Origin: Macrostomum hystrix
Taxonomy: Eukaryota; Animalia; Platyhelminthes
Length of the DNA: 64,000 nucleotides
Direction of reading: 5' to 3'
NCBI GenBank assembly: GCA_950097015.1
Contig: CATNEN010000039.1
Span: forward strand, 4,526,001-4,590,000
The notes under the pieces are model-generated. The model saw only the letters and a list, made by a program, of their open reading frames with translations. It searched no databases and was not told the DNA's origin. The translations under genes and the position numbers were made by a program. Every line of letters begins with the position of its first letter. The first letter of the stretch is position 1. Below are positions 48,415-60,985 of this stretch, in pieces.

Positions 48415-49949
48415 TAGTACTTGTCAAAATGTCAGTCTTTTTGTTAGACTTGTGAAATAAACTTATCCAGCTATTGAACCTTTCAAGGCGTCAGTTACCA
48501 CTTAAATCGGTAGCTTTCTTTGATTATATTGCTCTAATAAAAAATTTCTGGAACAATAAATTGATGACTACCAGTAGAGTAAAGGCGTCCCTATTTTTCT
48601 CAGGCAAAAGACCACGGAGCATTTCAAATACCCGCTGCCTTCTTCACGACAGCTCCCAAACCGAATGACCGATGACCGTGAAAGTCCACCATCTGGATCC
48701 AAATTTTACGCCCTTTTCGATAAACCAACTTTCAAGGCCTTCCGAGTCACCAGCGTCGAGACATTCAGCGATTCTTGTCGAAGACCCTGGGGACAAGGGC
48801 AAGTGAGCATCTCCGTACTCGTATAAGCTTCTTTGGCGAAGGCATATTGGTTAAAAAAACTATCAATTTAATCATTCTAAAATATTTAACAATGATAGCC
48901 GACATGATTACATGAGGAAATTTTGGGAGAAAAGAAAATATTCCTATATTTGTGGTCATTGCCACTAGCATCGCTTACTGAACACACAACACTAACTTAT
49001 AAACGCAGAATAGATGAAGCAATTTTTCGTTTTGTGCCCAGAGCCCTTGGAAATCAGGCATAAAAAGAGTTGAACAGAATAACAAAAATACTATCTTTGC
49101 TAAGCACTCAAATAGGATATTTCGAAGCTTTTACCCTATTTTAAAAGTTAAATACGATTATATAGCTATTACAACGGGATTACAACGGAATTAGGAAATC
49201 GAGTCACTTTTTCGGTTTTTCCCTTGCTAACTATGAAGTGTCGAAATCAATTTTTAGCGTGTAGCTTGTAGCAGTCCGACACAATGCATCACTTAGAAGG
49301 CTAAATTGGTATTTGTCTTCATCGAATGGGGCTGAAAAATGTTTCACGAAATTGTTTATTGTTTCTTGAACTAGTTTTTCCGGATTTCTGCAACTTTTAA
49401 CGTTTTTTGACCATGCGACCACCAAATATTTTATTGCTTCTTAGAATTAACTCATTAATTAGTTAGTTACCTTTCAAACCTTTTAACCCATTAGTCTTTT
49501 CTTTCCTTTCGTTTTACGTTTCGATTCATGACGAAAAAATTCAAATATAAATAGAATATACAATAATAATCAGCACCTTTATTGAGTGCACGTGTTATAA
49601 AATTTTTAAAAAATTAATTCTCATATCAGTAATCGTTCCTCTAATAAAAAAGGACAAATAGTTTGTTTGCTCAATTGCGAATATTAGCTTTTTTATTTTG
49701 CCACCAATATCTTGTTGCAGAAGGACTGTATGAGGACGTCAGCTGCAGAGCAGAGCTCGTCAACGGACCCCAGCTCGGCGAAGGATCGCCGATGCTCGGA
49801 CTAAAAAAATTTACTTATTCGCTGGGAAGGAGAAGTGCATTGAAAGTAGAAATTATCGTGTCTGTAGAAATATAAGATAGGGGAGAGATGAGACACAGTA
49901 GAGATGAAACAGGGAATATATATGAAACAGGATACTACGTATTGGTGTC

Positions 49950-50024
49950 GGAAAGGGCAACGGGCCGGATTCGGGAGCTTCGACGGCCGCAGCTGGCCCG
50001 CGGGCCGGAGTTTGCCGACCCCTG
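49950..50024 (-). mobile_element. Orphan hAT (Charlie-like) terminal sequence
   Basis: Reverse complement begins CAGGGGTCGGCAAACTCCGGCCCGCGGGCC, a typical hAT/Charlie end; no partner end found. Confidence 0.5.
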
Positions 50025-50511
50025 ATATAAGCCTTCACTTGCTTAACTTCAACGTTGAAAACCCATTTTTTATTTTCACATTTCGACCGCCCCTGGTCAA
50101 GATTAATATTTGGTTTAATCCAAACACAACTAAAGGTTGTCGAACGCAAAGATGAGCTTCCGAATCAGCTAAGGCAATATTCTTCATCTTTTCTATAGAA
50201 GCCTTTTTATTGTGCACCGTTAAGCGCGTGCCCATTCTTTTCTGCCTCTTAATATCTCTAGTCTTTCTGCCTTTCTGGTCATATTTAATCTTTCTAATCC
50301 TTATACAATGCGATAAGACGACAGAAAAAGCAAACACAAAACAGCGAAAATCGGATTGGAGTTTAGATGCTTAGATGAAATGTTTATAAGTGAGAGCTTT
50401 AAACTGAAATTCAAACACAACCTGTGATCTACGTGCTCGTACAATACCTATACTCCAAGTTATTTTACTCATGAAAAAATAAATGTGGAACAGAAGCGCG
50501 TATTCTTACAT

Positions 50512-50568
50512 GTGTACACTGCCTGACGATGAGAAAGTCAGGGCAGATGCACACACCTGTGGGAGTGT
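50512..50568 (+). mobile_element. SINE family 1, 3'-tail-only copy
   Basis: GTGTACACTGCCTGACGATGAGAAAGTCAGGGCAGATGCACACACCTGTG. Confidence 0.75.
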
Positions 50569-50628
50569 GCACCTGCGCACAGCGAATGGCCAGAATGATG
50601 CACAAGGGCCCACGGCCCTCCCGAAAAA

Positions 50629-51773
50629 TATTATAATTATGGAACCTTGTTTAAGGCGTTTCGATGAGGTAAGCAATACAAAAATAAAATAAACAGACTA
50701 AAATAGATATTATGTCCCGAGTACCGTCTTATTATAAAAGGTTACCTTTAATTTCGCATTTGTTACTTCAATGTAGTCAGATAACCACTAAACCAGGAGT
50801 GGCTCTCAATTTTATTTGATCTTTCATTTAATCATGAACTCGAAGACACAGTCTGGTCTGTGGACATTCGCTGTGCTTCTCATTGCTGCCAAACTTGTCT
50901 CCAGCGATGGCTACATGCAGATCCAGTTCGAGACCTACGAAAACAAGGATGGGAGAGTTCAGGATGGAACCTACTGCGATCCATTCGGTACGACCTTCGT
51001 GGGCGACAAGTGCGACCCGCAGTTCCGGCTGATGGCGGACAGATACACGCCTGGAGGGTAAGGATGGAGAATCCGGAAGCAGGGCTGGTCTTAAGACCTG
51101 AGTGACCCGACATTTTCTCACCTTAATTACTTCGCTCGCAGCAACGGTCTGTACGACTACACTCAACCCAGTGTCTACTGGGACACGGAGTACATCAGCT
51201 TCGGGGGCAACTTCGCGGGCATCTCCAATCCGGTTGCCATAGCAATGAACTACGAGAACCCGGTGAGTGGGATCGGAAATGAACTGTGCCCGTCCTTTCA
51301 GTCTATCAGGATGAAGCAACGTCCCAAAGGGGTGAAAATAGTCATATTGAATATAAATCTCTGGTCGCGACACTTTAAACCATCCAGGGCTTCCTCCACA
51401 TCACAGTCAGTGTTGTGGACAAGGACACAATTCCACCAGACGATCCCATGGACACTTTCTCAGCCACTCTTCTGGCGCTTGCTGACTCAACCAGGAAGTC
51501 TATTGAGATGACCAGCCAGCCATTCAAGCACACCTTGAAGATCACCTATTGGTTCACCTGCAACGCCTACTTTCATGGATTGGACTGTAATCGATTTTGC
51601 AAGCCAGAGAACAGCGATAAAGGACACTACACCTGCAGCCCGGATGGGGCGAAAGTGTGCCTGGCTGGTGAGTCCGGCCCTGCTAATCCTAGTCTAAGTA
51701 GCTGGACCAGAAGGTCTCGGGTTCCATGCTAAAGACATTAGGTGAAGTCTTTAGGCTGCAGGATCCAGAGATA
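50629..51773 (+). repeat. Segmental duplication, copy 2 (promoter to intron 3 of DSL gene B)
   Basis: Near-identical to 43695-44823, with ~21 extra bp at ~51722-51742. Confidence 0.93.
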
Positions 51774-52506
51774 AGCAGGTGTCATGACCAATTGCACAGG
51801 CTGGGCTGGCTCTGACTGCAGTAAAAAGGCGCCCTGCAGCGACTCTCCGTGCCTGAACGGCGCAAAGTGCGTCGTTGACGGCATCGACAGCTTCAAATGC
51901 AACTGCTCGACGCAGTTCAACGGCACCCTCTGCGAGGACGACCTCTGCAACTACATCTTCTGCAAGAACAATGGCACCTGCGAAGCTTCAGTCGAAGGAC
52001 CTGGCGCAGTTGCCTGCTTCTGTCCGCCCGGCTTCATCGGAGAGCTCTGCGAGCTGACCGATGCCAAGCCGCTTGTCCTGGCGTCCATGCTGAACGAGTT
52101 GGTCCAGAATGTGTCTCCTGCAGCCGTGACTGGCGGTGTTGTTGGCTCTGTCGCCTGTCTGGTCGCTTTGACTATTATTGTTCTCGTTGCTGTCAGGCAA
52201 AGGTTCGCTGAAAGTCCATTATAATTATTTGCTGGGGTTGGGTCGGGTTCATAGTTCGATCTGTCAAGTTGATTCGCAGATTTTCAAATGGAAAGTCACC
52301 TGGCCCCGTTTTCAGAGCCAAAAGGTCAGGCAATGCGCATCTGGCAGCACAGGTAGAAAACGAAGCGTACGGCACATTGTAAGTGCTTTTATCTTGCTAA
52401 TGAATATCTAAGAATAGGAAAGTCACATTGAACCTGTTCCTGCTCATTGCGTCTCAGGTCGGAAGCGATCCCGAGTGAGCCGACTGGTCAAAAATACGTA
52501 AGTTGA
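50834..52506 (+). CDS. Delta-like DSL ligand B: same head as A, only 2 EGF, TM, short tail
   Basis: Exons ~50834-51057, 51142-51262, 51388-51667, 51800-52202, 52316-52378, 52458-52506. DSL completed by GWAGSDC; TM VTGGVVGSVACLVALTIIVLVAV. 3' exons tentative. Confidence 0.8.
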
Positions 52507-53562
52507 CTAAGCCATTGAGCCCTGAATCTTGAAACTGCAGAGACAACTGGTCAGTCAGCCTAAAAGTGCAAGAAAAGGGAAGGGGGGCTTGTTTCTCTAG
52601 TTCTAGATTCGGAGCTCCTTGAGTTGCCAATATAGCCTATCAATCCTTTGTTTTAATTGTAGGACAATTGCGCTTTTGAATATGAAGACTCGAGTTAACA
52701 TTTCTGAGTTTGTCAATTAGAAGTGTCTTTTATAGTAAAGACCATAAGGATTGTACAAAAGTACTCATCATTTACTATCTTTAAATAGAGGACATACATA
52801 AGTAGTCTCACACGACTGTCATTATCCGGTGTAAATGTAAATCTAGCATAAGCGGCATCTTGTTTTACAGTTTTTTTCTAAAACACGTCTGAAACCTGTG
52901 TACTATTTACCTGCGCATTTGCAACAAATCTGTCTGTCTGTCTGGCCTTCTCTTGCAAAACTGTCAGAGAACTCAGAGATTCCGTTTTTATACATTATAC
53001 TCAGCTTTGTACTCTTACTTTGTGTTCTATAAAGTGTACTGTAGTGTACAGTAGTCTAAGTATTTCTTACCCGTCGCGAAAAAAATAGAACTATTTTTAA
53101 CTTCATCAGTTTTTAATCTTATGAAGACGCATTCGTTAAGTAATATGTTTGAAAAAACTTGAATATATGAAAACTAATTTAGACAAGAGTCACTTCAACT
53201 CACAACCAACAAAAGCAAATAATGTTTTCAATTTGACATCACTTAAAAGTTTCAGAAGGAAAAAATAATATTCGAACTTATATTATCAAAAGAAATTGTA
53301 CATTTTTTCTGTACATTTTTCTGGAAAAATGTTAAAGACCATGAAAAAGGACTTACTAGCAGTATCCGACTAAATCCGACTCGCAGTAGACACCAGTCTA
53401 CCGATAATCGAACAGTTTGCTGAAATTATGAATAATGTTATTATTTAGCTAAAGTCAAATGGTACCGTCATTTTAATGTGTTGCGTTATGCGTTGTGTTA
53501 TGTGATGTGCAAGGACAACTGAAGTAACGTTGTATATACTACTTCAGTTGTCAGTTGGTTGG

Positions 53563-54160
53563 TGATGTGTTGATAGGAGAATGGAATCAGGGGATAATGT
53601 GTTGATAGGAGAATGGAATCAGGGGATAATGTGTTGATAGGAGAATGGAATCAGGGGATAATGTGTTGATAGGAGAATGGAATCAGGGGATAATGTGTTG
53701 ATAGGAGAATGGAATCAGGGGATAATGTGTTGATAGAAGAACGGAATCAGGGGATAATGTGTTGATAGAAGAACGGAATCCGGTGATAATGTGTTGATAG
53801 AAGAACGGAATCCGGTGATAATGTGTTGATAGAAGAACGGAATCCGGTGATAATGTGTTGATAGGAGAATGGAATCAGGGGATAATGTGTTGATAGGAGA
53901 ATGGAATCAGGGGATAATGTGTTGATAGGAGAATGGAATCCGGTGATAATGTGTTGATAGGAGAATGGAATCCGGTGATAATGTGTTGATAGGAGAATGG
54001 AATCCGGAGATAATGTGTTGATAGGAGAATGGAATCCGGAGATAATGTATTGATAGGAGAATGGAATCAGGGAATAATGTGTTGATAGGAGAATGGAATC
54101 CGGTGATAATGTGTTGATAGGAGAATGGAATCCGGTGATAATGTGTTGACAGGAGAATGG
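53563..54160. repeat. Minisatellite, 32-bp unit GATAATGTGTTGATAGGAGAATGGAATC(AGGG/CGGT)
   Basis: Direct reading. Confidence 0.95.
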
Positions 54161-54858
54161 ACTTGGTTTATACTTCAAGTGTTTAGGACAGTATGTTACT
54201 AATTTACGCCCCTGTGAAGATTTGGCGCCGATTTAAACTCAAATAATATAACGCAATAAACTAGCATATTGCCGTAGGATGCATGCACAAGAATTCGGTG
54301 TTCGAGAAAAGGAACGTCATTCCATGACGTCATTCGACATCAATCTGTGTTTCTGACTGAGTTATGACCAGGCACCGATGGTTCTCATGTATTTTCGCTT
54401 GTACGAACAAAAAAATATGAAAGCATTTGTGTTCCGATGGGGTAGTTGTGTTTCGCACGTGCTTTTGATTAACAAATAGCGAATCCAGAAATTTTTTAAC
54501 AATAACAATGTCACTTGGAAATTTATAATTAGCCAACTCGGTTTTACAACACAAAAAAACTAAAATAGAAGCTATACAAAATGAAGGGCGAGCAAAAACA
54601 ATGACAACAATATTAGGAAGTAGAAGAGCTGCTTAAAGATAGCGACAATTTGTTTATGTACTGTCAGTTTTCTCGCAAAGCAAAAAAACTGGTTTAGAGA
54701 GCTAAAAATAGGTCCACAGAGATGAAAACAATGGCTGGGCAAAATGTCAAACAATCTCGCTTTAAAGTTGAGATGCAAGTTAGTTACTGTGCTCAAATCA
54801 GTATTTCCGGCTTTGTTTTTGTTAAACAGAATCGGATTGTCTCAAAGCCTGTGTCCAC

Positions 54859-57800
54859 TCAATACTGATGATACAAGTCCGGACTGAAAATTAACGGAAT
54901 ATATTATCGTTTAATTTCTCATAAGAATAGCATCATGTTTCTGATACTTACGGCCTGACGTTAGCACTTGCTGCAGCGGAGACGGATCTGAAAATGCACA
55001 CAAAATCTCCTTTGTTAGTTCTAATATAACATACGTCCTATATAGCCCTTAAAAATTGTGCGTTTGGCTTGACCGAAAAATTCTAAAGGTAACCCTACTC
55101 ACACAGGATCTCGAATTTCTGAGTGGATGACTTCAACTGACCACGTGCAATAAAAATGCAACGTCGAACGTTTTAAGCGTCTCTCAGGTAAATTTCAGTA
55201 CAAAAGTGAGCCTTTGTTTGAGACTGTACTCACGGATTTGCATAGACATAGTTTTCAAACATTTCAGGCGCTTGCGTGCCAGCGGAGCCTCTGGAGTTGC
55301 GAAACGGAAGGCATTTATGGCGACCAGTTTTTGATTTCATTCGGTTTGATGATTGACCTCGGGCTCCGTTCGAGAGGCTTAAGTTGATAGGAAATCCCCA
55401 TTTTATCCTATTTATCCTCGAGGGTACCATGGGGAGGACTGGGTGATATGCCTCAGCGATTTTTGTCGAATGGATCGGCCAGTTTCTGATTTCATTCGGT
55501 TTGGTTCGAGATTGACCTCGGGCTCCATTCTAGAGCCTAAGTTGACATCCCTTTTTTACGATGTGCAAAAACACCTTCAATAGACTCACCCGGCAGCCGC
55601 GGCGCTCTTTGCCAGGGCGACTCCGATGAGCACTGCGATAACCAGGACTCCTCCGGCTATCGATGAGCAGGCAATGATAATAGAGCTTAGCCAGGCGTCG
55701 GGGCCCGCTTCGTTAGACGACTTCGCTGCCGTTCTGAGCTCGCAGACTCTCCCGGAGAAGCCGGGCGCGCATTTGCACCTGTAGCTCCCAGCTGGTGTCA
55801 GCTGGCAGATGCCGCCGTTCCGGCAAGATATTGTGGCATTTTCAGAACCGCCGCAGTCTGCAACCTCTGTGCCAATTTCGCAGAGACTGCCACTGAAACC
55901 TGACGGGCACAGGCATCGGCGGTCACCGGAAGCAGTGGAGACGACACACGTCCCATTGTTTGAGCAGAAGTTGTCACCGCAGATGGACGTCTGGCAGCGG
56001 CTGCCGTTGAATTCTGGAGGGCAGTGGCAGGTGAAACCGCCAAAGCTGTTGCGGCAGGTGCCACCGTTCAAGCACGATGGTTGAGGAGTGAGCGAGCACT
56101 CATCGATGTCTTTGTCGCACAGTTGGCCCGTAAGTCCAGCTGGGCACAGACAGGTATATGTGCCAATACTGTTTACACAGGTTCCACCGTTTAGGCAGGT
56201 GGGACTCGGTCGCAAACACTCATCAATGTCGACGTCACAGAGACGCCCAGTAAAACCAGCCCCGCAAAGGCAACTGAAGTTTCCAACAGTGTTCTTGCAA
56301 GTGCCTCCGTTCAGGCAAGGTGGTGCCGATTCGGAGCACTCGTTGACGTCCTGATCGCACAGATTACCCGTGAATGCAGCTGGACACAGGCAGGTGAAGC
56401 CACCGAAGGTGTTGGTGCAGGCACCCCCGTTTTGGCACACGCTTCGCGCCGCCGAGCATTCATCAATGTCCTGCTCACAATGACGCCCACTGAATCCGGC
56501 TGGACACTGGCAACTGAAGTTACCGAAGGTGTTTGTACAATTACCGCCATTTTGACACTTTGATGACGACAGCGAACACTCATCGATATCGAGTTCACAA
56601 TGTCGTCCTGTCAGACCGGCCGGACAGGTACATGAGAAGTTTCCGATGGCGTTCGTGCAGGTGCCTCCATTTCTGCACACCAATGGCGCCATCAAACACT
56701 CATCAACATCATTTTCACAGGACCTTCCGCTATAGCCGGCCGTGCAAACACAGGTGAAGTTCCCAAAAGTGTTAACACAAGTTCCACCTTGCAGACAGGT
56801 TGTAGCGATCGAGCATTCATTTACGTCTTGCTCACACAGTGCTCCTGTGAGTCCAGTCGAGCATCTACAGGTAAAGCTACCAACGATGTTTTTACAGGTA
56901 CCACCATTTAAGCAAGGCGAACTCAGGCACTCATCGATGTCTGCTTCACAATGTCTGCCACTAAATCCTGGCGCACACTTACAGGTGTAATTTCCGAAGG
57001 TGTTGACACAGGTACTGCCGTTTCGGCATTCAGAATGTCCAGTCGCGCACTCATCAAGGTCGATGTTGCATCGAGCACCCGTGAAGCCAGAGCTGCAGAT
57101 GCAGTTGTAACCACCGAAGGTGTTCTCGCAAGTGCCACCGTTAAGGCAGGGGGTTGAGCTACTTTCGCATTCGTTAAGGTCAGCCTCGCAGCGACTGCCA
57201 GTTAATCCAGCAGGGCAGGTGCAATTCGCTCTGCCATTCACATACGCACAGGTGCCACCGTTCTTGCACAGGCTAGCAATGCACGGATCGGGCTGAGTAC
57301 AACTTTCTCCCACCCATCCTGAAATTATCAAATAATAATTGTTTCTTTGGTTTAATCCAAAGGCGCCAAGGACACAGTATTGATCATTACCTGGCATGCA
57401 TAATTTGGTGCCATTCGAGTCGCAGGTGTAATGACCAGTAAAATTGTCATTGTGCGGCTCGCAGAATATGTTGCAGCTGAGTCCATAGTAATTTGCATTG
57501 CAGGTGAACCAGTAAGTGATTGTGAGCTTGTGCATCATCGGCGGGCTGAGCATCTCCAGACTCCGGTTGGCGGGCTCCGTCTGGGCAATCAGAGTTGCCG
57601 AGAAGGTGTCGAGCTGGTCGTCAGGCGCGATCGGGTCCCTGTCCACCGCCCTCACTGTTATGTACAAATAGCCCTGCAATCGGTGTACGCACACAGGAAT
57701 GGCAGAAGATGTAAAGGAATTCCAGCCAACATACCAAGAATACTCAAGGTGAATACTCATGGACTCTCACCGGGTTCTCGTAGTTCATAGCCATTGGTAC

Positions 57801-58992
57801 AGGATTTGGAATGTCGCCGAACTTGTCTCCGAAATTGACAATGTCCATGTTGGAATAGTCTCCGGCTTGTTGATAGTCAAATAGTCCATTGCTAAAGGAA
57901 AATTGTAACATTTCCATATATTGGCAATCTACGAGCTATATGGATCTAGGCACCTCATCAAATCCATTCAGGTCTGATGTACAGCACAGCTGCAGCTGAG
58001 GATTTCACTGCTCGTAAGCTGAAGCAGTGGGGAATGAAGAGTACTGTTCGGGGGGTGAGTGGTAGACAGGTGCCTCTCGCACCAAGGTCCCTGAGCGCGA
58101 TTCTGCTGCATGGCCACATTTATTTGAGGCGCAGCAGCGGAGAGAAGGCTTGGGGGCTTGTCGTGCAATTTACGCCCTTGAGGGCCAACCTCCAAGGCAC
58201 AGTGAAAGTGCACAAAGTGCACAACTTCCAGCTAAATTTATGTAGGCCTCTGCTTTAAGATGGGCTGTGATAATAGGCTACTTCCCCTGGGCAGAGATTC
58301 GAACTCCCGACCTCAATAACCAGCTGTCAATCAACCCGCACGCTTTCTCACCCTCCAGGTGAAGCCTTGTCGGCCATGAGTCGAAATGAGGGATCGCACG
58401 CCGACTGCCAGACGTCGAGCAAACCGACTGGGTCGCAGTAGGTGCCGTCCTGGCAGCGGCTGTCCTGATTGGTGTACGCGTGGAACTGGATCTGCATGTA
58501 GCCCATTGCCTCGGCCTGTGTGGGCGCGAGTTCAATACATGCGACTATGTGGCCCAAAAATGAACTGAAGACAAGGGAGGGAGGGTGCGGCAAGCCAGGC
58601 AGAGAGGGGTGGGTGCGTTCGAAGAAATTGGGAAGAGTTGGAGAATATGGTAATAGGCAATGGGAGAGAAGGAGAATGTGAGAGTGGAGAATGGGAGAGT
58701 GGAGAATGGGAGAGTGGGAAAATGGGAGAGTGGGAGAGTTGGAGAGTGGGAGAGTGGGGAATTGGAGAGTGGGAGAAGGGGAGAGTGGGAAATGGGAGAG
58801 TAGGGAAGGGGAGAGTGGGAGGAGGGGAAGTGATAACGAACGGAGAGTTGATGCTTTTTACAACAGGAGAAGATTTTATGGGATCAGTGGGTTGATCGGC
58901 TCATCTTTCATTGGACTTACCGTATCAGGCAATACGAGGAAACCCGCTGCCATGCAGGCTAGAAACGCACAGAAACTATAATAGTAATTCAT
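54859..58992 (-). CDS. Delta-like DSL ligand C: signal peptide, MNNL/C2, DSL, 13 EGF, TM, short tail
   Basis: Exons ~58992-58921, 58515-58352, 57891-57771, 57673-57391, 57318-55590, 55290-55234, 54987-54952, 54883-54859. GYMQIQF, DGTYCDP, MNYENP and ITYWFTCNA are shared with A/B, with the same intron positions. Tail exons tentative. Confidence 0.85.
58045..58213 (+). mobile_element. SINE family 1 copy lacking the 3' hairpin (intron 2 of gene C)
   Basis: GAGTGGTAGAC..CTCTCGCACCAAGGTCCCTGAGCGCGATT..GGAGAGAAGGCTTGGGGGCTTGTCGTGCAATTT. Confidence 0.75.
58628..58830. repeat. Degenerate purine-rich TGGGAGAG repeat in intron 1 of gene C
   Basis: Direct reading. Confidence 0.75.
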
Positions 58993-60985
58993 TTTTCGCT
59001 ATTGCCAACTTTTGCTCTCAAATTAATTTTAAAAAATCTCTAAGCGCTTCAATATTTTCCTAGGCTGAGTTGCGCTTGACATAAGGCACCTTTCCAGGGC
59101 TCAACCTATTTATAAACGTATTGTCAGAGCACTAAAGCGAATATGTTACGACACTGACAATGAAAAGCCGAAGCTAAAAAACAATAGCAAGTTTATCGCT
59201 AAGCCAGGGTCGCCAAGCATGTTTAGTTTAAAGTCGTGAAAATACTGTATATTGCGAACTGACGCCAATTTCATAGCAGGGTAAATATCTTTTTTCGCTC
59301 CTTGTTTACCTGTATTGCTTCTGTGATTGTTGAGTACGCCTTCATGTTGACCTCACTCTCTTCGCTCATTCTCATCGTATATCTTTCATATCATACCTAG
59401 GTGATCGAAGCACATGACTCGATGAGTCATCAACTTGATCCATCGGAACCCCCCAAAACACCCACCCCACCTCCGCCATTGTTCTGGTTCCCTCAAGCGT
59501 GACGAGCGCTTATAACCTACAAATTTTCTTTTTATTTACGTAAATCCCTTTGTAATTTTCCCCAATTTAATGTGAATTTAATTGTCTCCCAAATGTCCGC
59601 TTCAAGACAAGTATTTTCTATTGTAATTTAGATCATTAATTAGAAAATGTATTAATGATTTCGCTGTTGCGCAACTGTTAAGATTTATCACCCGCGCCCC
59701 CAACTCCCCCCAAGCTTACTGTACAACGTGGGGCCAATCAGAGCTCGGCAGGGCTCGGTTGTACACTGCGCAGGGTCAAAGCTGGGTCAATGGAGACTTT
59801 CCGTCTATCTATCTATCTATTTGCAGGGGGGCCCGGGGCACTTGTCGCACAAGCGACGACGGAGCGGCACGCCCCCAGACCGGCGAACTAGGCGATTTTG
59901 CGCCCATCGCGCCGCCTCCCCTGAGCAGGCACCACACACAGCAGCACAGACCAGCCGGGGAGGGCAGGAGGCACCCAGAATAGGCAGCAGTGTCCCCCAC
60001 CCCAGCCCCACACGCACATAGCAGATCAAGCCGGGGCGGAAGGTTGATAAGAAATCTGTCCTCAGGGGGGGCGGGTGATGAGTGTACACTTATCCAATCG
60101 CGCTGACGGAAGTCCAGAAAGCGCGCGGCGGTGTACACCCGCCATCCAGCCACCCCCCGCAAGGTCTCACGCCCCAGCACCAACGCACACAACTCACACA
60201 ACGCAGAACAGGCACAGAAGGTAGGAGCGAAGCTATTATTTCAAGCTTTGATTGCACGAAATATGGTGCACCTCCGCCGGTCGCTACTGTCCAAACCCCC
60301 CAACAAGTCCCGAAATTAATCGTGACTTGAAGGGTGAATCGAACTAGCGTCCTTTGGAGTGCGAGGCAGCGACGTTAGCCGCTGACCCACTCGCCCCTAG
60401 ACTTTCCGTCACGGTTCACGCGCGTGATGCGCGAACTCTGCTCGATATAATCTCGCTGGTTTCTCTCCCAAAAGCCAGACGTTCGTTCCGCTTTCCCCGA
60501 CGCTTCTTTGGTGTCTTTAGACACGTTCCGGTACCTTCGGACACGCTTGTCCCCTACTAGTCCCCTGCTACTTTCCCCCAAAAACTATCTTACTTCCCCT
60601 TCCCCTAAGTCATCCCCTATCCCCCGAGTCGTTACGGCAAGCCATCGCTCCTGAAAATCAACGACGGTCGACTTTGCGCCCAGCCGCCTGACCCTGACCG
60701 GTTTCAACAAATTTAATCGTCATTTTTTATGCAGCGGCTCGGGTAGTAGCACATTTAAATCATCGAAATCATTAAACATTTTTATTCAAGCAAATCTTGT
60801 CTTGTTTCAAGCCACAGGTTATTCCTTATTTCACATAATTTCTTATTTCACAGTAATGAGCAGAGGGCATCGCTAACTAAATTAGTAAAAAATGAACAAA
60901 AATTACTTGAGCTGCTTGTGTTGGCGAGCTGAGCAAGGAAAAAATGGCTGAAATCAGGGCGCACATCCCTTTCCGAATATTTTAG

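Noticed and set aside
55324-55546. ~65-bp imperfect direct repeat in a gene C intron
   Set aside because: Ordinary local duplication with no element hallmarks
44839-57760. Notch receptor, fibropellin or crumbs as identity of the EGF arrays
   Set aside because: No LNR, ankyrin, CUB or laminin-G domains; MNNL-like and DSL domains precede the EGFs
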